Shown here: positions 1 through 8,759 of the stretch, one piece after another
How the letters are laid out: every line of letters starts with the position of its first letter
Numbering within the stretch: position 1 is the first letter of the stretch
Assembly: GCA_020726185.1 (NCBI GenBank)
Contig: DYTB01000002.1
Coordinates: forward strand, 3,188 to 67,187
Direction: 5' to 3'
Length of the DNA stretch: 64,000 bases
Source: Candidatus Odyssella sp.
Lineage (GTDB): Bacteria > Pseudomonadota > Alphaproteobacteria > Paracaedibacterales > CAITNM01
Notes under the pieces: generated by a model
Told to the model about the DNA's origin: nothing
Databases searched by the model: none
The model's input: the letters and a program-made list of their open reading frames with translations, nothing else
Program-made: the position numbers and the translations under genes

Positions 1-311
1 AATAGTGGCAAATCACCTTGCAGACCAATGATGACATCCACAGCTGGTTTTCCCATGGCAACGTAAGCTGCCCATACTCTGTCAGTGCCAGAGGGCAGGG
101 CAGGGTCGGTAATAATTGCACGACCACCAGCCTTTTCAACAACATTAGCTATTTCAGGCCCACAAGTTGCGACAACAACGTCACCAACAGCGCTTTGTTT
201 TGCTTGGTTTAAAACCCATTCAATCATTGGTTTTCCGCAAATATCTGCCAAGGCCTTTTGTGGTAAGCGGGTGGATTCTAAGCGGGCTGGGATTACAACC
301 AGGGTCTTCAT
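1..311 (-). CDS. kdsB: 3-deoxy-manno-octulosonate cytidylyltransferase (CMP-KDO synthetase), N-terminal part, truncated by window edge
   Basis: Reverse translation from ATG (311-309) gives MKTLVVIPARLESTRLPQKALADICGKPMIEWV...PSGTDRVWAA...LQGDLPL. This matches KdsB motifs (IPAR..S.R.P.K, SGTDR, QGD.P). It is absent from the ORF track because it runs off the window. Confidence 0.85.
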   Translation of the reverse strand, partial: MKTLVVIPARLESTRLPQKALADICGKPMIEWVLNQAKQSAVGDVVVATCGPEIANVVEKAGGRAIITDPALPSGTDRVWAAYVAMGKPAVDVIIGLQGDLPL

Positions 312-343
312 GAGGCCTCTTGTCAAAGGTGATACCATAGAAT

Positions 344-420
344 TGGCGCGTCCTAGAGGATTCGAACCTCTGACCTACGGCTTAGAAGGCCGCCGCTCTA
401 TCCAGCTGAGCTAAGGACGC
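344..420 (-). tRNA. tRNA-Arg (anticodon TCT)
   Basis: Reverse complement GCGTCCTTAGCTCAGCTGGATAGAGCGGCGGCCTTCTAAGCCGTAGGTCAGAGGTTCGAATCCTCTAGGACGCGCCA folds as a 77-nt cloverleaf. It has a 7-bp acceptor stem, anticodon loop CTTCTAA, a GTTCGAATC T-loop and an encoded CCA. Confidence 0.95.
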
Positions 421-462
421 ACTGTGTTAAGGTACTTAAAATTGACAGGAATTTCAAGTGAA

Positions 463-1203
463 TCACGCTGAAAATCCAAATAACTCTTTGAATCCATCAA
501 TAATAAGATCGCGTGAATTGCGATCTAGTTCTCTACCATCATGCTTAGCAAAAGGAAATAAAATCTTTTTACCTGTGTTTGAAACTAAAACAGCAAGTTT
601 GTGACTGCTACTACCTTCTCTGTATTCTGCTGGAATTCCTTGCTTTTTTACAAGATTTTGAAGAAAATTAGCAACCTCATTTGAGAGTACTGCAGTATTT
701 ACTGTGTCACAGATATTATAAATGAACTCAATATTATTTTTATTAAGCCAATGATTTGGCTGTAAATCAGAAACTTTGCTTAACAGCTGATACATAGGTG
801 AAAGAGGGATAACAACTGGCTCGAAAGCCTTTTTATGTTCTTCGCCATGATCTTCAACAGTTTCAATTTTTAGAGGTAATATTAGCGCTGAAGATTGCAT
901 CATAGCATCTTCCAAATTAGCTTCTTCTTGAATCGTTGTGTCAGCTGCTGGTTTAAGTAAATCAGACTCAGATTCGGACTCACTATCGCTGCCATCTTCA
1001 CTGCCATTCGCTATAATAATACTGCTAAATTCTATTTTCCTTTTTGGTTTATTTTTCTTTGCCTTACTTAATTTATTTTTTTTAGGTGTTTTCTTTTTTG
1101 TGGTTTGAGAAGCAGACGTGGTATTGCTAGCAACGGTCGATAGTGCAACATCATCGATCCACCCTTCTTTTATACAGCATTCAATAAAGTCGCATAGGTC
1201 CAA
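463..1203 (-). CDS. hypothetical protein with a lysine-rich NLS-like block and an acidic Ser/Glu stretch
   Basis: 246-codon ORF with a TTG start in the track. It contains TKKKTPKKNKLSKAKKNKPKRK followed by GSEDGSDSESESESD. No family recognised. An upstream ATG (1249-1247) is out of frame by one nt across a poly-A7 run. Confidence 0.5.
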   Translation of the reverse strand: MDLCDFIECCIKEGWIDDVALSTVASNTTSASQTTKKKTPKKNKLSKAKKNKPKRKIEFSSIIIANGSEDGSDSESESESDLLKPAADTTIQEEANLEDAMMQSSALILPLKIETVEDHGEEHKKAFEPVVIPLSPMYQLLSKVSDLQPNHWLNKNNIEFIYNICDTVNTAVLSNEVANFLQNLVKKQGIPAEYREGSSSHKLAVLVSNTGKKILFPFAKHDGRELDRNSRDLIIDGFKELFGFSA

Positions 1204-1351
1204 AGGATTTATTATTGCATATTGAGGTTTTTTTAAGCTTTTCGCTCATCCATGGTGTTATGCCAGGGAAAAATATGTGGTCTTGAGTGTGTTTTTTTTC
1301 GATTTCTCTTTCCTCTCTGCTGAGTTTTAATGTATTTTTTGCGAATTTTGG

Positions 1352-1954
1352 CTAAATAAAGGTATTAAAAACCGCTTCAAGATATTTCATGCCGCTCACT
1401 TCCTTATGAAGGGGAAGATCAAGCGTATTTTTAAATAATTTTTGTACTGATAGTGGCAGTTTTTTAGCCGTGCTTTCTGTGATATATGATGTTACCTCGT
1501 GCAATAGAGTGTTCGCGTCTAATACTAAGCGAGTGTCTGTTGCTAATTGGTCGTTCGTCTCCAGTATGGAACGCTCTCCGGACTTTATCATTTTGCAAGA
1601 GCGCATTGCTCCGCTTTTCAAACGAAAGCACAAGTCAATAAATGCATAAGTTTGGTTGGCTTCATCTTCTATGTTTTCTAGTTTTATTATGGTATCCTGA
1701 AGGCCCTTTTCGTTAGTATATTCTGCTAGATTTTTAGCAGACAGCATTCGTTCATGCACTAATTTTACAAGACGAATAGCCTCACACCGGCAATCATCCA
1801 TTTCCCTAAAAAGAACATGTGGAGTTTGTGTCCAGGCATACGCTTCCTTAATTTCAGGAACTGTAATACCTAGTTTATCGGCGCAGTTTAACTCTGTTTT
1901 AATGACCAAGCAAATTAGGCATAGCTTTATGAAGGTAACAATAGATAATATCAT
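1352..1954 (-). CDS. hypothetical protein with N-terminal hydrophobic anchor
   Basis: 200-codon ORF. N-terminus MILSIVTFIKLCLICLVI is signal/anchor-like. No recognisable motif. Confidence 0.45.
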   Translation of the reverse strand: MILSIVTFIKLCLICLVIKTELNCADKLGITVPEIKEAYAWTQTPHVLFREMDDCRCEAIRLVKLVHERMLSAKNLAEYTNEKGLQDTIIKLENIEDEANQTYAFIDLCFRLKSGAMRSCKMIKSGERSILETNDQLATDTRLVLDANTLLHEVTSYITESTAKKLPLSVQKLFKNTLDLPLHKEVSGMKYLEAVFNTFI

Positions 1955-2018
1955 TATTAAGTATTTATATAGTTTGTGTAGAAAATATAGTTATTTTTTT
2001 TAAAAATACAAGCTAATT

Positions 2019-3359
2019 CTATAAATTATAGCTTTTAGCTAATAATTCAATCGGATGCATTGTTGAATAGGCACTTTGACTTGCATCTGATTGCAAATTC
2101 ATGCCTTGCAGAATGTGTTTTGCTGCCAAAGGGCATTCGGAAAGCACTAATGGGTTATCGTAAGTTAATGCCTGCTTAGCTGCTGGTTTTCCAACCTTTA
2201 AGGCTGTTTCAAAATGAGCTTTCGTCATACCCCAGGTGCCGCCATGGCCTGAACACCTCTCAATAATTTGAACGGTCAAGTTTGGAATAAGACGAAGCAT
2301 TTCAGCGGCTTTTGCACCAATGTTCTGAGCGCGGCTATGACAAGCAAGGTGAAGAGTTACAGCTTTGTTTTCTAGAGATTCCAAGCCTTGGGTTAAAGTA
2401 TGCTTTTTATGCAAATGAATAACATATTCGCTAATATCCATAACTTGCTTGCTTAAGCGTTGCACCTGTTCATTTTTAGGCAATAGCAAAGGCCATTCAG
2501 ATTTCAGCATTAAACTGCACGATGGAATAATTGAAATGATTGGAATATTTTTTTCAACGTAAGGGGCAAGGGCATTGCTAATTTTCAACGCTTGATCAGC
2601 GACTGATTGTAAATCACCCTTTTCTAATAAGGGCATACCGCAACAGCCTGGGTAGACAACCTCAACATCAACACCTTGGTGTGCCAATACTTTTCGGGCC
2701 GCAAGGCCAATGGCTGGATTATTATAGTTGCCAAAACAAGTTGCAAACAAAACAGCTTTTTGGCCATAAGCAGGGCCGTTAACATTAACAGGGCAGGGAG
2801 TTAGTTCAACCTGTTGGCATAGGGTTTTGTTGGCGTAAGTTGGTAAGTTTGCTTTTGCAGCAATACCTGTGACAACTTCTAAAGCTTTGCGTACGGGCTT
2901 GTTTGACGTTGAGGTTGCCCAGTTAACGACTGGCGCCATTTTTACTGATATTGGTCCCACTTGGTCAGCTTTACTTATTTGCTTATCAACAAAACTAATG
3001 CCCTGAGTTTTAGCTTGGGTTGCCCGGTAGCGTAGCATTAGGTGTGGAAAATCAACATCAAACTGGTGCGGGGGTACATAGGGGCATTTGTTCACAAAGC
3101 ACAAATCGCAAAGGGTGCAAGCATCTGCTACCTTTGAAAAGTCTTCGCTTTTGACTTCATCACATTCACCTAAAGGAGTTGCATCTATTAGGTCAAACAG
3201 AGTAGGGAAGCTATCGCATAAGTTAAAGCACCGGCGGCATCCGTGGCAAATATCAAAAACCCGACGCAGCTCTTTATCTAGCGCTGATTCATCGTAGAAG
3301 ACATCACTTTCCCAATCAATAATGTGACGGATTGGTGCTTGTAAACTGCCTTCAGCCAT
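2019..3359 (-). CDS. (Fe-S)-binding oxidoreductase, GlpC/HdrD-like (two ferredoxin-type Cys clusters plus CCG-type Cys-rich halves)
   Basis: CHGCRRCFNLC and CTLCDLCFVNKCP motifs at the N-terminus. PGCCGMP and CSGHGG Cys-rich motifs lie downstream. The 446-aa length fits the GlpC/heterodisulfide-reductase-related family. Confidence 0.7.
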   Translation of the reverse strand: MAEGSLQAPIRHIIDWESDVFYDESALDKELRRVFDICHGCRRCFNLCDSFPTLFDLIDATPLGECDEVKSEDFSKVADACTLCDLCFVNKCPYVPPHQFDVDFPHLMLRYRATQAKTQGISFVDKQISKADQVGPISVKMAPVVNWATSTSNKPVRKALEVVTGIAAKANLPTYANKTLCQQVELTPCPVNVNGPAYGQKAVLFATCFGNYNNPAIGLAARKVLAHQGVDVEVVYPGCCGMPLLEKGDLQSVADQALKISNALAPYVEKNIPIISIIPSCSLMLKSEWPLLLPKNEQVQRLSKQVMDISEYVIHLHKKHTLTQGLESLENKAVTLHLACHSRAQNIGAKAAEMLRLIPNLTVQIIERCSGHGGTWGMTKAHFETALKVGKPAAKQALTYDNPLVLSECPLAAKHILQGMNLQSDASQSAYSTMHPIELLAKSYNL

Positions 3360-3365
3360 GAAAGA

Positions 3366-3899
3366 TTAAGCTACGCCTTGTTGTTTAGCCTTTGCAACCG
3401 ATACCATAGCTGGTCTTAGAAGGCGGTCTTGAATTTTGTAACCATCTTGCATGACTTGCACAACAGTACCTGGAGTGTGTTCATCAGTTTCAAGTTCAAA
3501 TACCGCTTGATGAAAATGAGGATCAAATTGTTGACCTGTAGCATCAATACGTTGAACGCCATGTCGCCCTAGAATACCTTCAAGATCTTTTAAAATAAGA
3601 TCAATCCCTGAAAATAAAGCCTCAGCATGGTCCGCAGCATTTTCTGCTTTATTTTCTAAAGCACGGCGAAGGTTATCAGCTACACCAATCATATCGCGCG
3701 CCATATTGGAAACGCCAAATTTCAAAGCATCTTCTTTGTTTTTTTGGCCACGTTTACGGGTGTTTTCATTTTCTGCTAGTGCACGAAGCAGCTGGTCTTT
3801 TAATTCCAGAATTGCGCTTTCCCTTTCTTTAAGCACTTCAGTTTCCGTAGTGACTGATTCTATTGTTTCTTCTTGGGTTTGCACGTCCTGTGTATCCAT
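3366..3899 (-). CDS. grpE: nucleotide exchange factor GrpE
   Basis: 177 aa. Coiled-coil N-terminus LKDQLLRALAENENTRKR and C-terminal FDPHFHQAV...VVQVMQDGYKIQDRLLRPAMVSVAK are typical GrpE. It lies directly downstream of hrcA. Confidence 0.95.
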   Translation of the reverse strand: MDTQDVQTQEETIESVTTETEVLKERESAILELKDQLLRALAENENTRKRGQKNKEDALKFGVSNMARDMIGVADNLRRALENKAENAADHAEALFSGIDLILKDLEGILGRHGVQRIDATGQQFDPHFHQAVFELETDEHTPGTVVQVMQDGYKIQDRLLRPAMVSVAKAKQQGVA

Positions 3900-3907
3900 A
3901 TTTCACC

Positions 3908-4945
3908 TTAACTTAATAATCGACTAACTAATTTTGCTGTGTAGTCTACCAGGGGAATGATTTTTCCGTAATTCATTCTGGCTGGTCCAACCACACCAAT
4001 AGCACCAACGACCTGGCGTTGAGCATTTGTATAGGGCGATACTACCATGGAGCAGCCTGACAGAGAAAACAAATTATTCTCAGCGCCTATAAAAATTTGC
4101 ACGCCTTCTGCATCAATTGATGCATTTAGCAGTTTGTGCAAGCTTTCTTGGGTATCCATTACATCAAAAAGTCCACGAATTTTTTCTAGATCGTTCATTT
4201 CCTGAACATTTTGCAGCAAGTTATTTTGGCTTTTGATGATAAGAGAGCCATTATCTTTATCGCCGCTCCATACACCAATTCCTGCTTCAATTACTCGTTG
4301 CGTCAACTGATCTAGTTCATGTTTATTTTGACTCATTTGAGAATGAATACGCTGAAAAATTTCTTGTAAGGTTGCGCCGTAGAAATGAGCATTAATGTAA
4401 TTAGACGCTTGATTTAACATAGATGGAGTAATGCCGTCTGGCAGTTCAATAAGGCGGTTTTCAACCATTCCATCTTGGCTAATCAACACAACTAATGAAC
4501 GTTGATTACCTAAATGTACAAATTCAATATGTCGAAGGGCTGCTTGCGACTTTGGCGCCATAACAAGCCCTGCGCATTTTGATAGGCCAGACAGCATGCC
4601 CGTTGCTTGTTGTAAAATGTCTTCAACACTTTTACCGGCTGATTTGCAGTGGTCTTCAATTTTTAAACGGTCTGGTTCTGATATTGCACCAACTTCTAAA
4701 ACACCATGAACAAAAAGCTTTAAGCCTTCGGCGGTAGGAAGACGGCCTGCTGATGTGTGCGGAGCGTATAATAGACCGGCTTCTTCTAAATCTGCCATTA
4801 CATTGCGAATGGTAGCAGGAGATAATGAGGTCTTTATGCGACGTGATAAAGTTCTAGAACCAACAGGCTCACCCGTTTCTACATATGTATCAACAAGTTC
4901 GCGAAAAATTTCTAAAGATCGTAGGCTTAAATCAGCTACAGACAT
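3908..4945 (-). CDS. hrcA: heat-inducible transcriptional repressor HrcA
   Basis: 345 aa. N-terminal winged-helix LSLRSLEIFRELVDTYVETGEPVGSRTLS and the hrcA-grpE arrangement. Confidence 0.95.
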   Translation of the reverse strand: MSVADLSLRSLEIFRELVDTYVETGEPVGSRTLSRRIKTSLSPATIRNVMADLEEAGLLYAPHTSAGRLPTAEGLKLFVHGVLEVGAISEPDRLKIEDHCKSAGKSVEDILQQATGMLSGLSKCAGLVMAPKSQAALRHIEFVHLGNQRSLVVLISQDGMVENRLIELPDGITPSMLNQASNYINAHFYGATLQEIFQRIHSQMSQNKHELDQLTQRVIEAGIGVWSGDKDNGSLIIKSQNNLLQNVQEMNDLEKIRGLFDVMDTQESLHKLLNASIDAEGVQIFIGAENNLFSLSGCSMVVSPYTNAQRQVVGAIGVVGPARMNYGKIIPLVDYTAKLVSRLLS

Positions 4946-5011
4946 AATTTGTTAATCATTTACCATATAAAATAGAAGGTAACACAAAGAACTGTAAAAA
5001 ACCAATTTTGT

Positions 5012-5488
5012 ATGAATACTTTAAATCGTTACCTTATCGGCGTATTAGTTTCTTTGAGTACCTGTTTTGGCACGTTAAATGCCGAAGCAAAAATAAGCGA
5101 TAGCAAGAAAAAGTCATCTGGTAGTAGTTATTTAGAAAAAATCCAACGTAGATATATTTCTCGCTTACCTTATTTAATGATCCCAGTTATGGTGGTGCCG
5201 GTTATCAAAAAGGGTGATTTAGCTGGACATCTTACAATTATGGTTGAGCTAAAAAGTACAGGAATAGATAATTATCGTGAGCTTCAAGTGGAAACCATTA
5301 AACTAAGAGATGAAATATTCTGCGATTTATATTCTGCAATGTCTCGGTTATGGTTAGGGCCAGAAGCACCTGCTGCCAGCATTTTAGAAAATCGTATAAA
5401 AAAAAGAGTAAATGGTTTCTACAAAAGAGAAATGGTTGAAAATGTAAGGCTGCATATTATGCAATTGTCATTGATTCGCAACGCTTAA
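5012..5488 (+). CDS. hypothetical periplasmic protein, weakly FliL-like
   Basis: Signal peptide MNTLNRYLIGVLVSLSTCFGTLNA. The pattern LPYLMIPVMVVPV...GHLTIMVELKS...IKLRDEIFCDL...VENVRLHIMQ resembles the FliL fold. Assignment is tentative. Confidence 0.4.
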   Translation: MNTLNRYLIGVLVSLSTCFGTLNAEAKISDSKKKSSGSSYLEKIQRRYISRLPYLMIPVMVVPVIKKGDLAGHLTIMVELKSTGIDNYRELQVETIKLRDEIFCDLYSAMSRLWLGPEAPAASILENRIKKRVNGFYKREMVENVRLHIMQLSLIRNA

Positions 5489-5505
5489 AATCTTACACTT
5501 ACCTC

Positions 5506-5892
5506 ATGAAAAGAATTTTTTGGCTTATAGTCTTCCCTTTATTGGCAGCATGCCAGGTTAACCATAAAAATGATGCATACATGGAAAATAGATTTTTTAA
5601 AGTTCTAACACCTACTCAATGGCAAAATTTTCAAAGTGAAAGAGTTTTCTTAGGTTCTGAGCTTGATCAACAAGATGGCTTTATTCATTTAAGTCTTCAA
5701 AGCCAATGGAATCGCATTTGGCAAAAATTCTTTAATGCTGATGAGTGTTATCTGATAGAAATTGATGGTTCTAGCTTGAACCCAGAAATATTAAAAATAG
5801 AAGCTAATCGACCTGGTGGTGAGGAATACCCCCATTATTACGGAAACATATTGTTAAGTTCTGTCATTGCACATCAACACCTTACGAAGTAA
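5506..5892 (+). CDS. DUF952 family protein
   Basis: DGFIHLS...YLIEID...LKIE...GGEEYPHYYGNI matches the DUF952 signature. The track ORF begins with a lipobox-like LLAAC. An alternative ATG at 5581 (MENRFFKVL) would give the usual ~103-aa cytoplasmic form. Confidence 0.6.
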   Translation: MKRIFWLIVFPLLAACQVNHKNDAYMENRFFKVLTPTQWQNFQSERVFLGSELDQQDGFIHLSLQSQWNRIWQKFFNADECYLIEIDGSSLNPEILKIEANRPGGEEYPHYYGNILLSSVIAHQHLTK

Positions 5893-5944
5893 TTCAATCA
5901 AATCCTTGAAATATTTACAGAAGCTACTATATTTAAAGTGATGC

Positions 5945-6292
5945 TTGCATCTATAGCGATAAACGGTTTATGGAATAGGCGTAGTGGACCCGGGGGCGGT
6001 ACCCGGCGCCTCCACCGTTTTTATGGGGGCGACATAGGATCGACACGCGTGGTAAAGATAGGTCTTTCGCTCGGCATGGTACCGTCGTTATCGGACTAAA
6101 CATTACAAGTGGCAGATTGAATCGCACTCGTAGAGTAGTAGCTAACCGTAATATGAACGTTGCAAATCGCAATCGTCGTCGTATTGCAGTTGCTAAAGCT
6201 GCCTAAACAAACTCTGTTTGTTGAAGCGGTAACTACTTAGGGGCTTGGGGGGTAGCCTTGCAACAGAATATCCCCCACTATTTAGTAGTGGA
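5945..6292 (+). ncRNA. ssrA: two-piece (circularly permuted) tmRNA: acceptor piece ~5945-6016, 8-nt linker, coding piece 6025-~6292
   Basis: GGAC + T-arm (CCGGG / GGCGGTA / CCCGG, 5990-6006) + CGCCTCC-A-CC (6007-6016) is followed by GGGGGCGACATAGGATCGAC (6025-). The 5-prime strand GGGGGCG pairs with CGCCTCC and includes the G3:U alanine identity pair. The tag frame ends ...GCA AAT CGC AAT CGT CGT CGT ATT GCA GTT GCT AAA GCT GCC TAA (6162-6206), i.e. ANRNRRRIAVAKAA*. The outer boundaries are approximate. Confidence 0.8.
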
Positions 6293-6310
6293 CTTAAGGA
6301 GAATACGACC

Positions 6311-6793
6311 GTGGCACAAGACCCATTAGATTACGAAGCAATGGTACAAATAGCTTTGCGAGAAGTTGTTTATAAAACCATGTCTTACACGGTTAAGCAC
6401 GGCTTACCTGGCGATCATCATTACTATATAACTTTTGCGACTGATCACCCAGGTGTTGAGGTTCCTGACTATTTACGTGATCAATACGGTGATGAAGTTA
6501 CCATTGTGTTGCAGTATGAATTTTGGGACTTAGCAGCAGATGAAAATGGCTTTTCTGTTACGTTATGCTTTGATGATAACCATGAAAAGCTTTATGTGCC
6601 TTACGCTGCACTTTTAAGCTTTGTGGATCCTTCGGTTAAATTTGGCCTGCAATTTAGTCCAATTTTTGAAGATGCCCCTGAAGAAGTTGTTGGCAAAACA
6701 ATTAAGGGTGACAAAGCACCTAAAGATAAAATCGCTGAGATTCCTAAAGATGGCTCAAATGTTGTAACTTTAGATACATTCAGGAAGAAATAA
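6311..6793 (+). CDS. sspB: ClpXP adaptor SspB (alpha-proteobacterial type)
   Basis: LDYEAMVQIALREVV...LPGDHHYYITF...EVTIVLQYEFWDL...FSVTLCF...VPYAALLSFVDPSVKFGLQF matches SspB. I place the start at GTG 6311, preceded by AAGGAG (6296-6301). The track ORF starts upstream at 6245, inside the tmRNA. Confidence 0.85.
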   Translation: MAQDPLDYEAMVQIALREVVYKTMSYTVKHGLPGDHHYYITFATDHPGVEVPDYLRDQYGDEVTIVLQYEFWDLAADENGFSVTLCFDDNHEKLYVPYAALLSFVDPSVKFGLQFSPIFEDAPEEVVGKTIKGDKAPKDKIAEIPKDGSNVVTLDTFRKK

Positions 6794-7850
6794 CTCTCCG
6801 GCAATTGTGGGTTGCTGTACGCCTGTAGTGGTTTCAAAGCTTGAGGGCAGATTTTCAAAAAATCGTGCTGCAAGATACCCCATTAATTGAGCTTCAATAG
6901 CATCTGGATTCAAACCAATTTCAGATGCTTTTTTCACATTTGCAAACTTTTTTGCAACCAGCTCATTAGCACCGGGTTATGGCAACCACCACCGCATACA
7001 ATCAATTGATTTGGTTGTTCTGGGAGCAAACTTATGCCTTTCATAATAGCATCGACAGTGAATTGAGTTAGCGTTGCTGCGCCGTCTTCAAGCGATAATG
7101 CGCCGCAGTCGTTTAGTACCTGATGAAATTCCATACGGTCTAAGGATTTAGGGTAGGGCAGGTCGAAAAATGGATGCTGCAACCATTTATTTAGAAGGTC
7201 ATTATTAACAATGCCTTGCGCTGCATATTGACCATCCGTATCTTGAGGCGTTCCTGTGTGCTTTATAACCCAATCTCAATCAATGCATTTCCAGGCCCTG
7301 TATCGCCAGCGATAAGAGTTTCATCAGCATTAATAAATGTTATGTTTGAAACACCACCAATGTTTAAAAATGCCGTTGGCTTTTCTAGCTTAGACGCTAA
7401 TGCCAAATGATATATCGGCACAAGCGGTGCACCTTGGCCGCCATTTTTAATATCATTTTGACGGACTTGTCCTATAACCTTTATGCCGGTTGAGTTTGCA
7501 AGGTGCTGACAATCACCTAATTGCACCGTTAATTGGTTAGCCGGGTCATGCTAAACTGCTTGCCCATGAAAACCAATAGCATCAACAGTTAGTTGATTAT
7601 TAATCATGAATTCTTCTACGTATTTTACGTGAAAATCAGCAATAGTTTTAGATAGCTCACTATCCATAAAATGAACAGGTGCCCTAAGGTTTATTCGGTC
7701 ACGCAAAAGATTGCTGTATTCAGTAGGAAACGGAATAGTTTCTGACAGGCCAAAAGATAGTATATCTGCGCCATTGGTTTCTATATATGCCAAGTCTAGC
7801 CCATCACACGATGTGCCAGTCATACAACCAATGACGCGATATATTGTCAT
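6770..7850 (-). pseudogene. anmK: anhydro-N-acetylmuramic acid kinase, disrupted by one in-frame TAG and two frameshifts
   Basis: Fragments 7551-7850 (GCMTGTSCDGLD...GFHGQAV), 7263-7526 (GGQGAPLVP...LNIGGVSN...DTGPGN), 6934-7182 (PYPKSLDRMEF...VCGGGCHNPVLM) and a C-terminal tail (EAQLMGYLAARF...TTGV) are colinear with AnmK. There is a TAG at 7553-7551 in frame, a frameshift near 7272-7282 and another near 6936-6945. Confidence 0.85.
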
Positions 7851-7859
7851 TTATTTTTC

Positions 7860-8585
7860 TTATTTTTTAGCTGCTTTTGAACCACCAAAACCAAAGCAAC
7901 CACAACCAGCTGGCACACGGTCTTCAACAATTTCACCAAAGGCTGCTGCTGCTTTCATTGTTCCGGTGTAAGTTTTGTTAAGAAGCTGTGCAAACATTGG
8001 AGTAAACACTGTTGCTAGTAATGTAATGTCTGCTTGATCTTCGGCAGATGCTCCTAATCTAGTGAGAAGCTTAGGAAGATCTGTTGCAATAGTTTTTTGT
8101 ACAAAAGCTGTACATGATGGCAAGCTTCCTAAAATACTCAAGTCATGGCTGGCAACTTCAATACTTCCTATAACGTACCCAATATTTTGGTAAACAGCAT
8201 TTTCATCTGCAAAATATGGAGCCAATTTTCCAAAAGCTGCCGGGGTTTTTCTAGATACAGCTGCAATTCCTTCACAGGTAAGGTAGGCTATGTCTGCAAG
8301 ATCTAAAGTTCCGGTAGTTTTTTCAACCATTAAATAAGTTGCAATTTTAGCAGAAGAACGAGCTGTTTGCGCAGGGTCAGAAAAATTTAAAACGCATTTT
8401 TGAAAGGTAAGCACAGCAGGTTTAGCATGTATTATATCGAGAATAACACCGCCTAGGTTTGCCACAGGCTTAGTCTCTTCTTCAGACGTAATGGCTACAC
8501 TCACAGCTGCATTATCAGTAGCACCAAACAATAGTGATGAACACACAAACACAAAAGCACTTGTTTTAGTAAAAAATTTACTCAT
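7860..8585 (-). CDS. hypothetical secreted protein
   Basis: 241 aa. Signal peptide MSKFFTKTSAFVFVCSSLLFGA. The C-terminus is PAGCGCFGFGGSKAAKK. No family recognised. Confidence 0.5.
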   Translation of the reverse strand: MSKFFTKTSAFVFVCSSLLFGATDNAAVSVAITSEEETKPVANLGGVILDIIHAKPAVLTFQKCVLNFSDPAQTARSSAKIATYLMVEKTTGTLDLADIAYLTCEGIAAVSRKTPAAFGKLAPYFADENAVYQNIGYVIGSIEVASHDLSILGSLPSCTAFVQKTIATDLPKLLTRLGASAEDQADITLLATVFTPMFAQLLNKTYTGTMKAAAAFGEIVEDRVPAGCGCFGFGGSKAAKK

Positions 8586-8710
8586 ATTACTCTCCAGACA
8601 ATAGGGGTTTAGTAGAAAGGATCAAATCTGATCTATATAAAGTCTACGAGGGTTTTCTAAATATTGTAAACACGTAACATATTGGATTGGTTAATTATTT
8701 TAGTAGACAT

Positions 8711-8736
8711 AAAAAAACCTGCCCGAAGGCAGGTCA
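8711..8736 (-). terminator. rho-independent terminator downstream of ftsZ
   Basis: On the minus strand GACCTGCC-TTCG-GGCAGGT is followed by a T7 run, 24 nt after the ftsZ stop. Confidence 0.6.
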
Positions 8737-8759
8737 GCAGAGATTTAATATATTAGCAA

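Noticed and set aside
18-414. Plus-strand ORFs 18-212 and 85-414
   Set aside because: They are antisense to the clearly recognisable kdsB N-terminus, and the second runs through tRNA-Arg. They are frame artefacts.
4946-5011. Searched for a CIRCE operator (TTAGCACTC-N9-GAGTGCTAA) upstream of hrcA-grpE
   Set aside because: No inverted repeat resembling CIRCE is present in the hrcA upstream region. CIRCE is probably at groESL/dnaK elsewhere in the genome.
5951-6172. 73-codon minus-strand ORF in the track
   Set aside because: It lies entirely antisense to the tmRNA gene, which has strong structural support on the plus strand. It has no protein-like features.
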